Made by a program: the position numbers and the translations under genes
Notes under the pieces: model-generated
Seen by the model: only the letters and a program-made list of their open reading frames with translations
Database searches by the model: none
Told to the model about the DNA's origin: nothing
Shown here: piece after piece, positions 12,121-23,500 of the stretch
Position numbering within the stretch: the stretch's first letter is position 1
How the letters are laid out: every line of letters begins with the position of its first letter
Assembly (NCBI RefSeq): GCF_046119375.1
Contig: NW_027362765.1
Coordinates: 61,318,001 to 61,382,000 of the forward strand
DNA length: 64,000 nt
Source: Phyllobates terribilis
Lineage: Eukaryota
Direction of reading: 5' to 3'

Positions 12121-13415
12121 GACGGCGTGGAATTTGAGAGGATTCTCTGAAGCTTTAGTGTCAACTCTTCTTCAAAGTAGGAAAGAAGTTACTGCAAAAA
12201 CCTACTGTAGGGTATGGAAAAAATTCCTACAATTCTATTCAGGCCCCCTTACTACCCAAGCGCCTTTTCCAGCTATCCTAGAATTTTTACAGAAGGGGCG
12301 TGAGGTGGTTCTATCTACCAGCACTTTAAAAGTGCAAATCTCGGCTCTGGGTGCATTGTACAACTGCAGTATAGCGGGGGACTGATGGGTCTCCAGGTTT
12401 TTACAGGCTTGTGAGTGTAGCGACCCTGTACACATACCCAGGCTTCCACCCTGGGACTTAAACTTTATAGTAGACGCTTTGATGGGTCCCCCCCTTGAAC
12501 CCGTGGCTTCTTCCACTATCAAAAATCTGACTATGAAGACAGCCTTAATGTTAGCCTTAATGTCAGCTAGAAGGGTGGGCGATATACAGGCTCTTTCAAT
12601 AGATGCCCCCTTCCTTTTAGACTTTCAGAACAAACTAATCCTGAAACCTGATCCAGCTTATCTACCAAAGGTTGCTTCCAGATTTCATAGGAGTCAGGAG
12701 ATATGTCTACCCTCCTTTTATGAAGACTCGTCTACACCAGAGGAACACAGGTTCCATACTTTAGACGTTAGGTGAATAGTACTAGAATACAGGACTAGAA
12801 CTCAGTCCTGGAGGAAGAGTAGGGTCTCCTTCCAGGGTCACATAAAGGGGTCTGGTGTCACAAAGAACACTATCACGATGGATACGGGACACGATCTACA
12901 CAGCCTACTCGGCCAAAGGTGAGCGCTCTCCTGACGGCAAAAAAGCCTATTCTACTCTGGCCATGGCCTCCTCCTGGGCTGATAGAGCTGATGTCTCTAT
13001 AGATTTAATTTGTAAGGTGGCAACTTGGGCCTCACCTTCCACCTTTTTCAGACACTATAGTCTTGATTAGTGTTGAGCAAGTATGTTCTATTAACCCTTT
13101 TGCCGAATATGCTCGGGCCGAGCTCCGAGTATTTACAGCTGCTCGGTGATATGCTTGAATCGCTCCCGTGTGCATGATTTGCAACTGTTTGACAGCTTTA
13201 TTACATTCCTCACATGTAATAAAACTGTCAAACAGTTGCAAATCATGCACACCGGAGCGATTCAACCATATCACCGGGCAGCTGTAAATACTCGGAGCTC
13301 GGCCCGAGCAAACTCGGACAGAACATACTCGCTCAACACTAGTCTTGATTTGTCTTCTTCCTCGGACCTTGATTTTGGGAGATCAATTCTCAATACTGTG
13401 GTCCCTCCCAGGTGA
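12050..13415 (+). pseudogene. DIRS tyrosine recombinase ORF, broken by stops and a MITE
   Basis: LLQSRKEVTAKTYCRVWKKF, LKVQISAL, SARRVGDIQAL, HTLDVR, ICKVATWASPSTFFRHYSLD, resuming LSSSSDLDFGRSIL after the MITE. Confidence 0.88.
13068..13341. mobile_element. hAT MITE (TAGTGTTGAGC family), near-perfect palindrome
   Basis: TIR TAGTGTTGAGC / GCTCAACACTA; 8-bp TSD GTCTTGAT at 13060..13067 and 13342..13349. Confidence 0.93.
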
Positions 13416-13899
13416 CAGTCTCTGAAAGTCTCTCAGTGGGTGCTATCGTGGCGTTAGGAAAATCCGAGATTACTTACCGGTAATCGTATATTTTACGGAG
13501 ACCACGACAGCACCCACTCACTTCCTCCCCATTATTATTTACTCACTGGTTCTGCACTTAGAAAAGGTGTTTATTTGCTTTTCACACAATGATAGTATTC
13601 TGATATACTAGTTCATGTATTTATCCTGTTATGGCGGTTCCTCCTAAATTCTCTGTAACCAACTGAGGAGACAAGGGGGGACTGCCCCTTTTTATCTGTA
13701 AGTTTCCTGTTCTTGTGGGTGGATCCCCTCTCTCAGTGGGTGCTGTCGTGGTCTCCATAAAATACGATTACCGGTAAGTAATCTCGGATTTCTGTGAACA
13801 GTGTAAGGAAATGATGGCAACGAGAATGAGAGTGAACAGATTGTGCCTGTGTGATAAAGGGGAACATGATGAAATCCTAGTGGACGGAGGGAGCAGGTC

Positions 13900-14070
13900 C
13901 TTTCATCTACTAGGATTTAGTCACAGCCATAGTCGCTATATCAGGGTCTGTCTGTATTGGATTAGATTGGGTCACTTCCCTCCTGACGTCGCTCGCTGCT
14001 CTGTTACTGTACAGTCTCCATTATGGCCGTCGCCCGCTCCATGTTGTCACTATCAGGAGATATTAATGTT
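13900..14070 (+). promoter_or_regulatory. Putative promoter / first-exon region of the zinc-finger gene
   Basis: Two ATTGG (reverse CCAAT) boxes, TGACGTC half-CRE and CpG-rich tract about 330-500 bp upstream of the first coding exon's acceptor; TSS not demonstrable. Confidence 0.45.
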
Positions 14071-14468
14071 CTATCATTATCTGTTACTGACATCCCCGGT
14101 TCTGCCGTCCCGATCACTGTGGATGTTCCCGGCACTTTATAACTTTGTCTTGTTTTTATGAAATATTTAGTAAATATTCAGATATTTTACATTATTTGTT
14201 TTAGATTTGTTCTGTGTTTTTGGTGCTGGATTGGAAATATTCTGTGATAAATCTCTGTATGTGACTATAATGTGATTGTGTGTTATACTGGGGGCAGGAC
14301 GGGGCCATGGCTGGATGTAGTGATCACGTGAAGCCGGTAACAGCTCCGGAGATTTCTTACATGGGATCTTTATGATCGTCATCTTCTCCCTATTCAGGTC
14401 CCTACAATATCGGATCCTCTCAGTGGAGATCTTCTATATAAGAGAATTTTCCTGATTGACCGTCAAGA

Positions 14469-14546
14469 ATGGATAGGGACAGGGACAAGATGGCAGAGAG
14501 GATATTACACCTCACCCTAGAGATCCTCTTCCGGCTTACTGGAGAG
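14469..14546 (+). CDS. Zinc-finger gene coding exon 1
   Basis: Acceptor AG 14396..14397, ATG 14469, donor GT 14547; [26 protein letters not shown]. Confidence 0.85.
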
Positions 14547-17500
14547 GTGAGAGATTCTGATGACGTCACATTACATCATTCTTATCTATGGGAATAACAG
14601 ATGGACAGAACTGGAGAGGTGAGGACTCTGGAAATGTCTGTAGTGAGATTTATTAATGTGTCTCTCCATAACCAGGATTACACAGTAGTGAAGAAGACCC
14701 CTAGTGAGCGCTGTCAGGACCCTGTGTCTGAGGGATGGGGAAGACCCCTGAGCCCAATCACGGAGCCTCCACCTCACCCCCTGATACATGAGGACATCAA
14801 TGACCAGAAGATCCTAGAACTCACCTACAAGATGATTGAGCTGCTGACTGGAGAGGTGACAGTGCTGGGAATGCTGGGACATTATATAGTAACGCTATGA
14901 AGGGATTGGGGTATGACGGTATCATTGTATGTGTCAGGTTGCTATAAGGTGTCAGGATGTCACCGTCTATTTCTCCATGGAGGAGTGGGAGTATTTAGAA
15001 GGACACAAAGATCTGTACAAGGACGTCATGATGGAGGTTCCCCAGCCCCTCACATCACCAGGTAATAGACAGGACTAAATACACACGGCCTATAATTATC
15101 TCTATGTAAAGAATGAATTCAGTCCCTGTATGTGTTTCCTCCAGTTCTATCCAGTAAGAGGACAACACCAGAGAGATGTCCCCGTCCTCTTCTTCCACAG
15201 GACTGTAAACAAGAAGATCCCGATGTTCTTCTGGATTATCAGGTAGATGGAGAGAAGGTGTCATGAGATCTCCCCTATGATGTGTAGAAGGCTGTGAAGG
15301 TCTTGTGTTCAGTCTTGTTTAGTGATGAGCGAGTCACAGCCATAGTCGCTATATCAGGGTCTGTCTGTATTGGATTAGATTGGGTCACTTCCCTCCTGAC
15401 GTCGCTCGCTGCTCTGTTACTGTACAGTCTCCATTATGGCCGTCGCATTCCTCACATGTATTAAATCTGTCAAACAGTCGCAAATCATGTTCACGGAGCA
15501 ACAAAAAACTTAAATCCCGAGCACGCTATAAATACTTGGTGCTCGGCCGAGTATACTCAGCGAAAGGGTTAACAAAACATACTCGCTCATCACTAGTCTT
15601 GTTTTATCTGTCAGTATTTTATACTGTATACTGAATGGCCAATTAATTACTGATAATGTTCTGATCATGGAAAAATGTGATGTGAACAATCATCATTTAG
15701 GTATCTGCAGCTGAATACATTGATGGTATTCATCTAATATATTAGATAAAATGCATTCATCGTTCCTAGGCACAGATGGGCTATAGCAGCAGACAACCAG
15801 TGTCATTGCTGTCCAAGGGAAAACAAAATATATAAAATTTCATTTGGCAAATGAGAGCAACAATTATATCACTGAGCAGTGGAAGAACCTTGGTTGGTGT
15901 TGTATCCTGATGATGGAAGGGTCAGAATTTGACACAATCAGCATGAATCCGTATAGCCTTCCTGTCAGATGCTAATCTTTCAGACTGGTGGTGATGGTGT
16001 AATGGTGCGGGGAATGTTTTCAGGGCTCTTCCTGTGTTTTTGGGTACCTGTGCATGGATGTTTGGACACTAGAGCTTACCTGAGCATTGTGACAGACCAA
16101 GGTCATCCCTTCATAGCTGCTCTTTACTGTTTGGTAGAAGGACAATGAGCCATGCCATAAGGGTTATGTAGTTATGGATTGATTCCAGTGTAAGGGTCAC
16201 AAGGTGTGTTATTATGATCCTAGACACCGGTGAAACAGTTTCCATGGTGTGCATGTTAACCCAGAAACCCCAGATATAACGCAGGGCTCGACAAACCCAG
16301 GCGCCTGGTCGCCAGTGGCGCCTAGAAAATGTTGCCTGGTGCTTGAGGAGTTGAGGAGTTGAGAAGAAAAAAAAATACTGTCAATCCAATCCCACCTCCT
16401 GCACGGAGTCATCCAATCGGAGGAAGCAGGGACAGTATCGCTCAGGCCGCCTTCTCCACTTTGCTCCGCCCCCCTTATGCTCCGGGACTGGACAGGGAGA
16501 GTTGGGTTACGGGGGAAGCAGGGCCGGCGTCAGCACCCGGCGTACCCGGGCAAGTGCCGGGGCCCTGGAAAATCAGAGGGGCCCAGCCGCCCACACACCC
16601 ACCCGCCCACTCACTGTCGGGGCCCCGCCCACTCACTGTCGGGGCCGGGCCCACACACCCACCCGCCCACTCACTGTCGGGGCCCTGGCCGCTTCCTCGG
16701 CACCTGTTCAGGAACGCAGGCGCTGCTTGATTGCCGGCACTTCCCCCAGACATGGCCGCGCGCTGTCCGGCTGTGTCTGCTAGTAATGACACGGCAGGGT
16801 CGACAGCACTGCACCTTTAATTGTGCTTGCGTGTCGCTCCTGCCGCGTCATTACTAGCAGACACAGCCGCACAGCGCGCGGCCATGTCTGGGGGAGTGCC
16901 GGCAATCAAACACCGTCGGAGCGGAGGTCCTGCACAGATGGGCGGGAGGGGCCCGGACCCGACCGCAAGTGGGCCCCTCTGATGTTCCAGGGCCATGAAG
17001 TCTGTGACACGCCGGGGGCCCTGCACTGCCCCATACCCGAGGAGCTGCTGGACAGGACACTGGACCGGGGACAGGTGAGTGAGGCTTCCCCAATCCCCAT
17101 ATTAAAAATATTAGTAATGGGTCTGTGTGAGTGCATGTATGTGAATGTCAGTGTATATGACTGTGTATATACAGTTATATGAAAAAGTTTGGGCACCCCT
17201 ATTAATCTTAAGCTTATTGTTTTATAAAAATTGGTGTTTTTGCAACAGCTATTTCAGTTTGATATATGTAATAACTGTTGGACACAGTAATGTTTCTGCC
17301 TTGAAATGAGGTTTATTGTACTAACAGAAAATGTGCAATCTGCATTCAAACAAAATTTGACAGGTGCATAAGTATGGGCACCTCACCAGAAAAGTGACAT
17401 TAATATTTAGTAGATCCTCCTTTTGCAAAAATAACAGCCTCTAGTCGCTTCCTGTAGCTTTTAATGAGTTCCTGGAACCTGGATGAAGGTATTTTTGACC

Positions 17501-20500
17501 ATTCCTCTTTACAAAACAATTCCAGTTCAGTTAAGTTTGATGGTCGCAGAGCATGGACAGCCCTCTTCAAATGATCCCACAGATGTTCAATGATATTCAG
17601 GTCTGGGGACTGGGATGGCCATTCCAGAACATTGTCATTGTTCCTCTGCATGAATGCCTGAGTAGATTTGGAGCGGTGTTTTGGATCATTGTCTTGCTGA
17701 AAGATCCATCCCCTGCGTAACTTCAACTTTATCACTGATTCTTGAACATTATTGTCAAGAATCTGCTGATACTGAGTGGAATCCATGCGTCCCTCAACTT
17801 TAACAAGATTCCCGGTGCCGGCATTGGCCACACAGCCCCAAAGCATGATGGAACCTCCACCAAATTTTACTGTGGGTAGCAAGTGTTTTTCTTGGAATGC
17901 TGTGTTTTTTTGCCGCCATGCATAACGCCTTTTTGTATGACCAAACAACTCAATCTTGGTTTCATCAGTCCACAGGACCTTCCTCCAAAAAGAAATTGGC
18001 TTCTCCAAATGTGCTTTTGCATACCTCAGCCGACTCTGTTTGTGGCGTGCTTGCAGAAACGGCTTCTTTCGCATCACTCTCCCATACAGCTTCTCCTTGT
18101 GCAAAGTGCGTTGTATAGTTGACCGATGCACAGTGACACCATCTGCAGCAAGTTGATGCTGCAGCTCTCTGGAGGTGGTCTGAGGATTGTCCTTGACTGA
18201 TCTCACCATTCTTCTTCTCTGCCTTTCTGATGTTTTTCTTGGCCTGCCACTTCTGGCCTTAACAAGAACTGTCCCTGTGTTCTTCCATTTCCTTACTATG
18301 TTCCTCACAGTGGAAACTGACAGATTAAATCACTGAGACAGCTTTTTGTATCCTTCCCCTGAACAACTATGTTGAATAATCTTTGTTTTCAGATCATTTG
18401 ACAGTTGTTTTGAGGAGCCCATGATGCCACTCTTCAGAGGAGATTCAAAGAGGAGAACAACTTGCAAGTGGCCACTTTAAGTAGCTTTTCTCATGATTGC
18501 ATACACCTGGCTATGAAGTTCAAAGCTCAATAAGGTTACAAAACAAAAAAAAAGTGCTTTATTAAGTCAGTAAAAAGTAGGTAGGAGTATTTAAAACAAG
18601 AAAATGATAAGGGTGCCCATACTTATGCACCTGTCAAATTTTGTTTGAATGCAGATTGCACATTTTCTGTTAGTACAATAAACCTCATTTCAAGGCAGAA
18701 ACATTACTCTGTCCAACAGTTATTACATATATCAAACTGAAATAGCTGTTGCAAAAACACCAATTTTTATAAAACATTAAGCTTAAGATTAATAGGGGTG
18801 CCCAAACTTTTTCATATAACTGTATATTTGTCTGTTTTATCTATGTGTATGTCTGTATGTGTACATATGTCTGCGTACCGTGTGTGCGCGCGCATATGTC
18901 TGCGTACCGTGTGTGCGCGCGCATATGTCTGCGTACCGTGTGTGCGCGCGCATATGTCTGTGTACCGTGTGTGCGCGCGCATATGTCTGCGTACCGTGTG
19001 TGCGCGCGCGCGCATGTCTGCGTACCGTGTGTGCGCGCGCATATGTCTGCGTACCGTGTGTGCGCACGCATATGTCTGCGTACCGTGTGTGTGTGTGTGC
19101 GCGCGCGCATGTCTGCGTACCGTGTGTGTGCGCGCGCATGTCTGCGTACCGTGTGTGCGTGTGCATATGTCTGCGTATGTGAAGGATGAGGGGGNNNNNN
19201 NNNNNNNNNNNNNNNNNNNNNNNNNNNNNNNNNNNNNNNNNNNNNNNNNNNNNNNNNNNNNNNNNNNNNNNNNNNNNNNNNNNNNNNNNNNNNNNNNNNN
19301 NNNNNNNNNNNNNNNNNNNNNNNNNNNNNNNNNNNNNNNNNNNNNNNNNNNNNNNNNNNNNNNNNNNNNNNNNNNNNNNNNNNNNNNNNNNNNNNNNNNN
19401 NNNNNNNNNNNNNNTGCATCATGAATCGTGTATGTGTTAAAAGGGCCCACTGAGACTCTTTCGCCCGGGGCCCAGAAAAACCTGGAGCCGGCCCTGGGGG
19501 GGAAGGATCGCTGTGGCCGGGGGCCCGTTCTCATCTCCCGCTACCTGTGTAAGTACATACAATGGCCGTGCTCCCCGGGGAGACTCCGTGTGTGAGGGGG
19601 TCTATATGTACAGTTTGTCAACAAAAAAAATTCTGGCTCCTAAATTTTTTGGCTGGCTCCTAGATTCTGAACAACTTTGTCGACCCCTGATATAACGTAT
19701 TAACAAGGAAGGATTTAGGCCACAATGTGAAAATGAACAGAATTTTACAGATTGATGTATCCTATATAGAGAATAGCAGATACACGATTTGTCAATCAAA
19801 TCATATGTTTCCAACAAAGGAAAATATTTAACAGTTTTGTACAGAGGCACATAACTTATACAGTAACCAGCATTTACATTTATTAGATTTCTGGAGCCCT
19901 TCATCTTTTCTGACTCCTTTTCCTTGCTGCCCATTTCCAGTGTACAATACGTGCCGTGGCTTGCCTATGTAGACTTTTTTTAAACTCTCAAGTCCGTGTT
20001 ACACGTAGCCTTTGTGATAGCCGTCTCAGGGTCCCCAAAAACTGACAGCTACCTTTCTGTATTTATGGCCCAGTACCACTAGAGTTCCTTTTCCTTCTCC
20101 CTTATCGAATTTCTGACATGGTCCCAAGTCTTACCAGATGTACACAAAAATGGTGCAGCCTTCAGTGCAAATTTGAAGCAAGCAGATGACAACGGGCCCC
20201 CCCTTCCTGCACAGGCCAGGTCGAGGTCTCACCCTCAGCATCTGCGATTGTTACGCCTCTGCCTATTGAATATCTTTGGGTAGAATTGGCTGTTCAATGC
20301 TTGTCATCACATGCAAGAAGCTATCATGTCCTCATGGGCCTATAATCCTGCATAATTATTTAATCACCTAGAATCTTTGACACAATAAATTGCTGAGGCC
20401 CTAGTGGGCAAACAATGTACTACATGACTAGATGGGTGTCTCTAATGTGTCCATTCAGTGTATGTTTTGTTTATGGTGGAGATGACAGGATAAAGCTGAT

Positions 20501-23500
20501 CAGACATTAGATGTTGTCTGGATCTTCTCACAATTGTCTGGTTTTGGAGACTCCTGGTTAGAATTAGGAGCCAACAGGTTGGATTTATACAGGAGACCTG
20601 TAGCTATGTGATACCTACTGCCATATTATTTTATGATCTTTTCTGTCTGACATTTACAATATTTGTTTCAGAGTAAAGATCTGCCCCATATTAATACTAC
20701 AGAGACATATGTGAGGGGCGATGAGCGGTGTAAAGAGGAGATTCCTACAGATAACCGCACAGGTGAGTAGTGACCACTAAATGCCGAGAAGTCACATATG
20801 CTACTCAATCCCTGGCTACTCTAATAACCATATATGTTGACTTTTTTGGGGGTGTGTTCACATGGAATTTATGTGGATTTTATGGTTAAATATTTAGAGA
20901 CTTTTCATGAAGATTGGCGCTGTACATGCCAATCTTAATCAAGGATCGTGAAGAAGTAAGATGCACCAAATTAATTAAGGGGCAAATGCCAATTAATTCA
21001 GCACATCTCTGTGGCATGTGCCTCCATGCTCCATTCCAGAAATGCTACTCCATTCAAGGACTAGAGTAGCATTTCTGGCTTAATTTACACCACCACAGTG
21101 TTGTAAGTTTTGATATATTTTGTGGATGGGCGCTGCCACGCCTTCTCCATCTTTTGCTCAACGCGAAACATTGCAAAATTTTGCGACTCTTCAAAGTGTT
21201 TTACACCAGAAAGTTGGCATAAACACTTTAATGATTCAATTTTGCATTCCAATGATGCAAACATATGCTTTTGCATAGTTCAGGGGAAGGTCATTCTGCA
21301 TTCTTTCGTGTTCTCTTGGCTCAGCTGGAGGGTACTGTTTGAAATTCAATAAAAAGCCGTTCAGCTGTCCTTTTGCTGTATACATTGAGATTGATAAGGC
21401 TGGATTTAGACGGCCATGTAAAAAATTGTGATAGTCCTGTTTGCAAATTGTGGACTTGTTTGGCTGCCTTACATTGCATGGAAAATCTTGGTACATTAAT
21501 TGGGTCAAAATAAAGCAAAGATTAGCAAATCAATTTAATCCGAATTGAATTATTTTAGAATTTTCACGGCAAGTTCAAACCACTTGCTATTCGATTTGCA
21601 CAAATCGCCATTTTACTTCTTTGCAGATAATTGCATCAGCCACAGAAGTGTCACGTGACCTCAGGCATGGCCATGCGGGCTTCCCTAAGATGCCCTGTAA
21701 TTATCACATTACAAACTAGAGCACAGCCAATCAGGAGGGACTATTAAATCCTTTAGAAAAGCTGAGGCAAGGAATGCTGCATCCATTTTCGGGTGGTCCT
21801 AGATAGTGAGAGGATGTCAGAGCTCACAGCTCAGCAATAGAGACAAATACTTTAGACAATGTGTGTTTTACAACTTCAGCAGTGAAGAAGATGAGTGTAG
21901 TATTCTGTGATTCAGTTGGCAGGTGGAGAGGGACATAAGAGAGATGCCAACAGCAGTATCGGATCCAGTGTGATTGATCAGTGATATAGTGCAGCTAGGT
22001 TGGCAACTTGCCTTGCTGAATTTGAATTACACATACATTTTTCTTAAAGGGATTGTCCACTACTTTTACATTGATGCCCTATCCGTCGGATAGGGCATCA
22101 ATGTGTGATCGGCCCGGGTCCCACACATTGAATTGAATAGGAGGCGGATGTGCTGTACACCGCGGCGGCCACTACCACTTGACTGCGGAGCCCTGCAGGC
22201 ACCGATAACAGCGGATCGGCGGGGGTGCCGTGTGCGGAACCCCGGCCGATCATACATTGATGCCCTATCCCACGGATAAGAGCATCAATGTAAAAGTAGT
22301 GGACAATTTCTTTAATTCTTCATGCACTGGAAAGTAGCAAGCCAACACAATATTTTTCAAGAAGACAAAATCTGAACTTGGTGTTAGTCAGAGAATATGT
22401 ACATTTCACAATGCTACTACGTTTTTCCATTTTCTGCATATTCTTTTTTTTTTTTTGTGAAGGGGAGAATACTTGTTTTAAAAAAAGCTAAATAAAATTA
22501 ACCAAGGTCCAGACATTTTAACTGTCTACCTCACAAAATGATGTGCGTGTCATAGACCATTTTTTTTTTTTAATGGAAACCTGTTTTACCAGTCAAATTT
22601 TACATCTCTATATGTCATACCAATACAACTGTAATTGTTGGCTTTGCAGGAATGTACCTACCGACCTAGCATTTCTTGTTATGTCCTTTTTTAGAAGGGA
22701 GGAGGGGAATAGAAATTTATTTAAAAAAAAAAAGTGATCTACAGTACAGACCAAAAGTTTGGACACACCTTCTCATTTAAAGATTTTTCTGTATTTTCAT
22801 GACTATGAAAATTGTACATTCACACTGAAGGCATCAAAACTATGAATTAACACATGTGGAATTATATACTTAACAAAAAAGTGTGAAACAACTGAAAATA
22901 TGTCTTATATTCTAGTTTCTTCAAAGTAGCCACCTTTTGCTTGGATGACTGCTTTGCACACTCTTGGCATTCTCTTGATGAGCTTCAAGAGGTAGTCAAG
23001 TATTTCAAGTGTTTGTTTCTGTTAATGTTGATGATTATGGCTTACAGCCCAATGAAAACACAAAAGTCATTATCTCAGTAAATTAGAATACTTTATAACA
23101 ACAGCTTGAAAAATGATTTTAAAATCCAAAATGTTGGCCTACTGAAATGTGTGTTCAGTAAATGCACTCAATACTTGGTCGGGGCTCCTTTTGCATCAAT
23201 TACTGCATCAATGTGGAGTGGCATGGAGGCGATCAGCCTGTGGCTCTGCTGAGGTGTTATGGAAGCCCAGGTTGCTTTGATAGCAGCCTTCAGCTCGTCT
23301 GCATTGTTGGGTCTGGTGTCTCTCATCTTCCTCTCTATGGTGTTAAGGTCAGGTGAGTTTGCTGGCCAATCAAGCACAGTGATACTGTTGTGTGTAAACC
23401 AGGTATTGTTACTTTTGGCAGTGTGGACAGGTGCCAAGTCCTGCTGGAGAATGAAATGTCCATCTCCAAAAAGCTTGTCGGCAGAGGGACAAAATTTCCT

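Larger units (their letters stand above)
10152..13791 (+). mobile_element. DIRS1-like tyrosine-recombinase retrotransposon, gag deleted, ITRs and ICR intact
   Basis: Left ITR 10152..~10261 is inverted relative to 13657..13751. ICR 13430..13517 is complementary to both element ends. RT, RNase H, methylase-like and YR peptides lie between. Confidence 0.92.
16282..19689. mobile_element. Non-autonomous hAT element hosting a Tc1 and a minisatellite
   Basis: TIR CAGGGCTCGACAAA / TTTGTCGACCCCTG; 8-bp TSD ATATAACG at 16274..16281 and 19690..19697. Confidence 0.88.

Noticed and set aside
18798-19534. Long ORFs (up to 240 aa) of VCAR/HTR repeats
   Set aside because: Translation of a minisatellite and an N gap.
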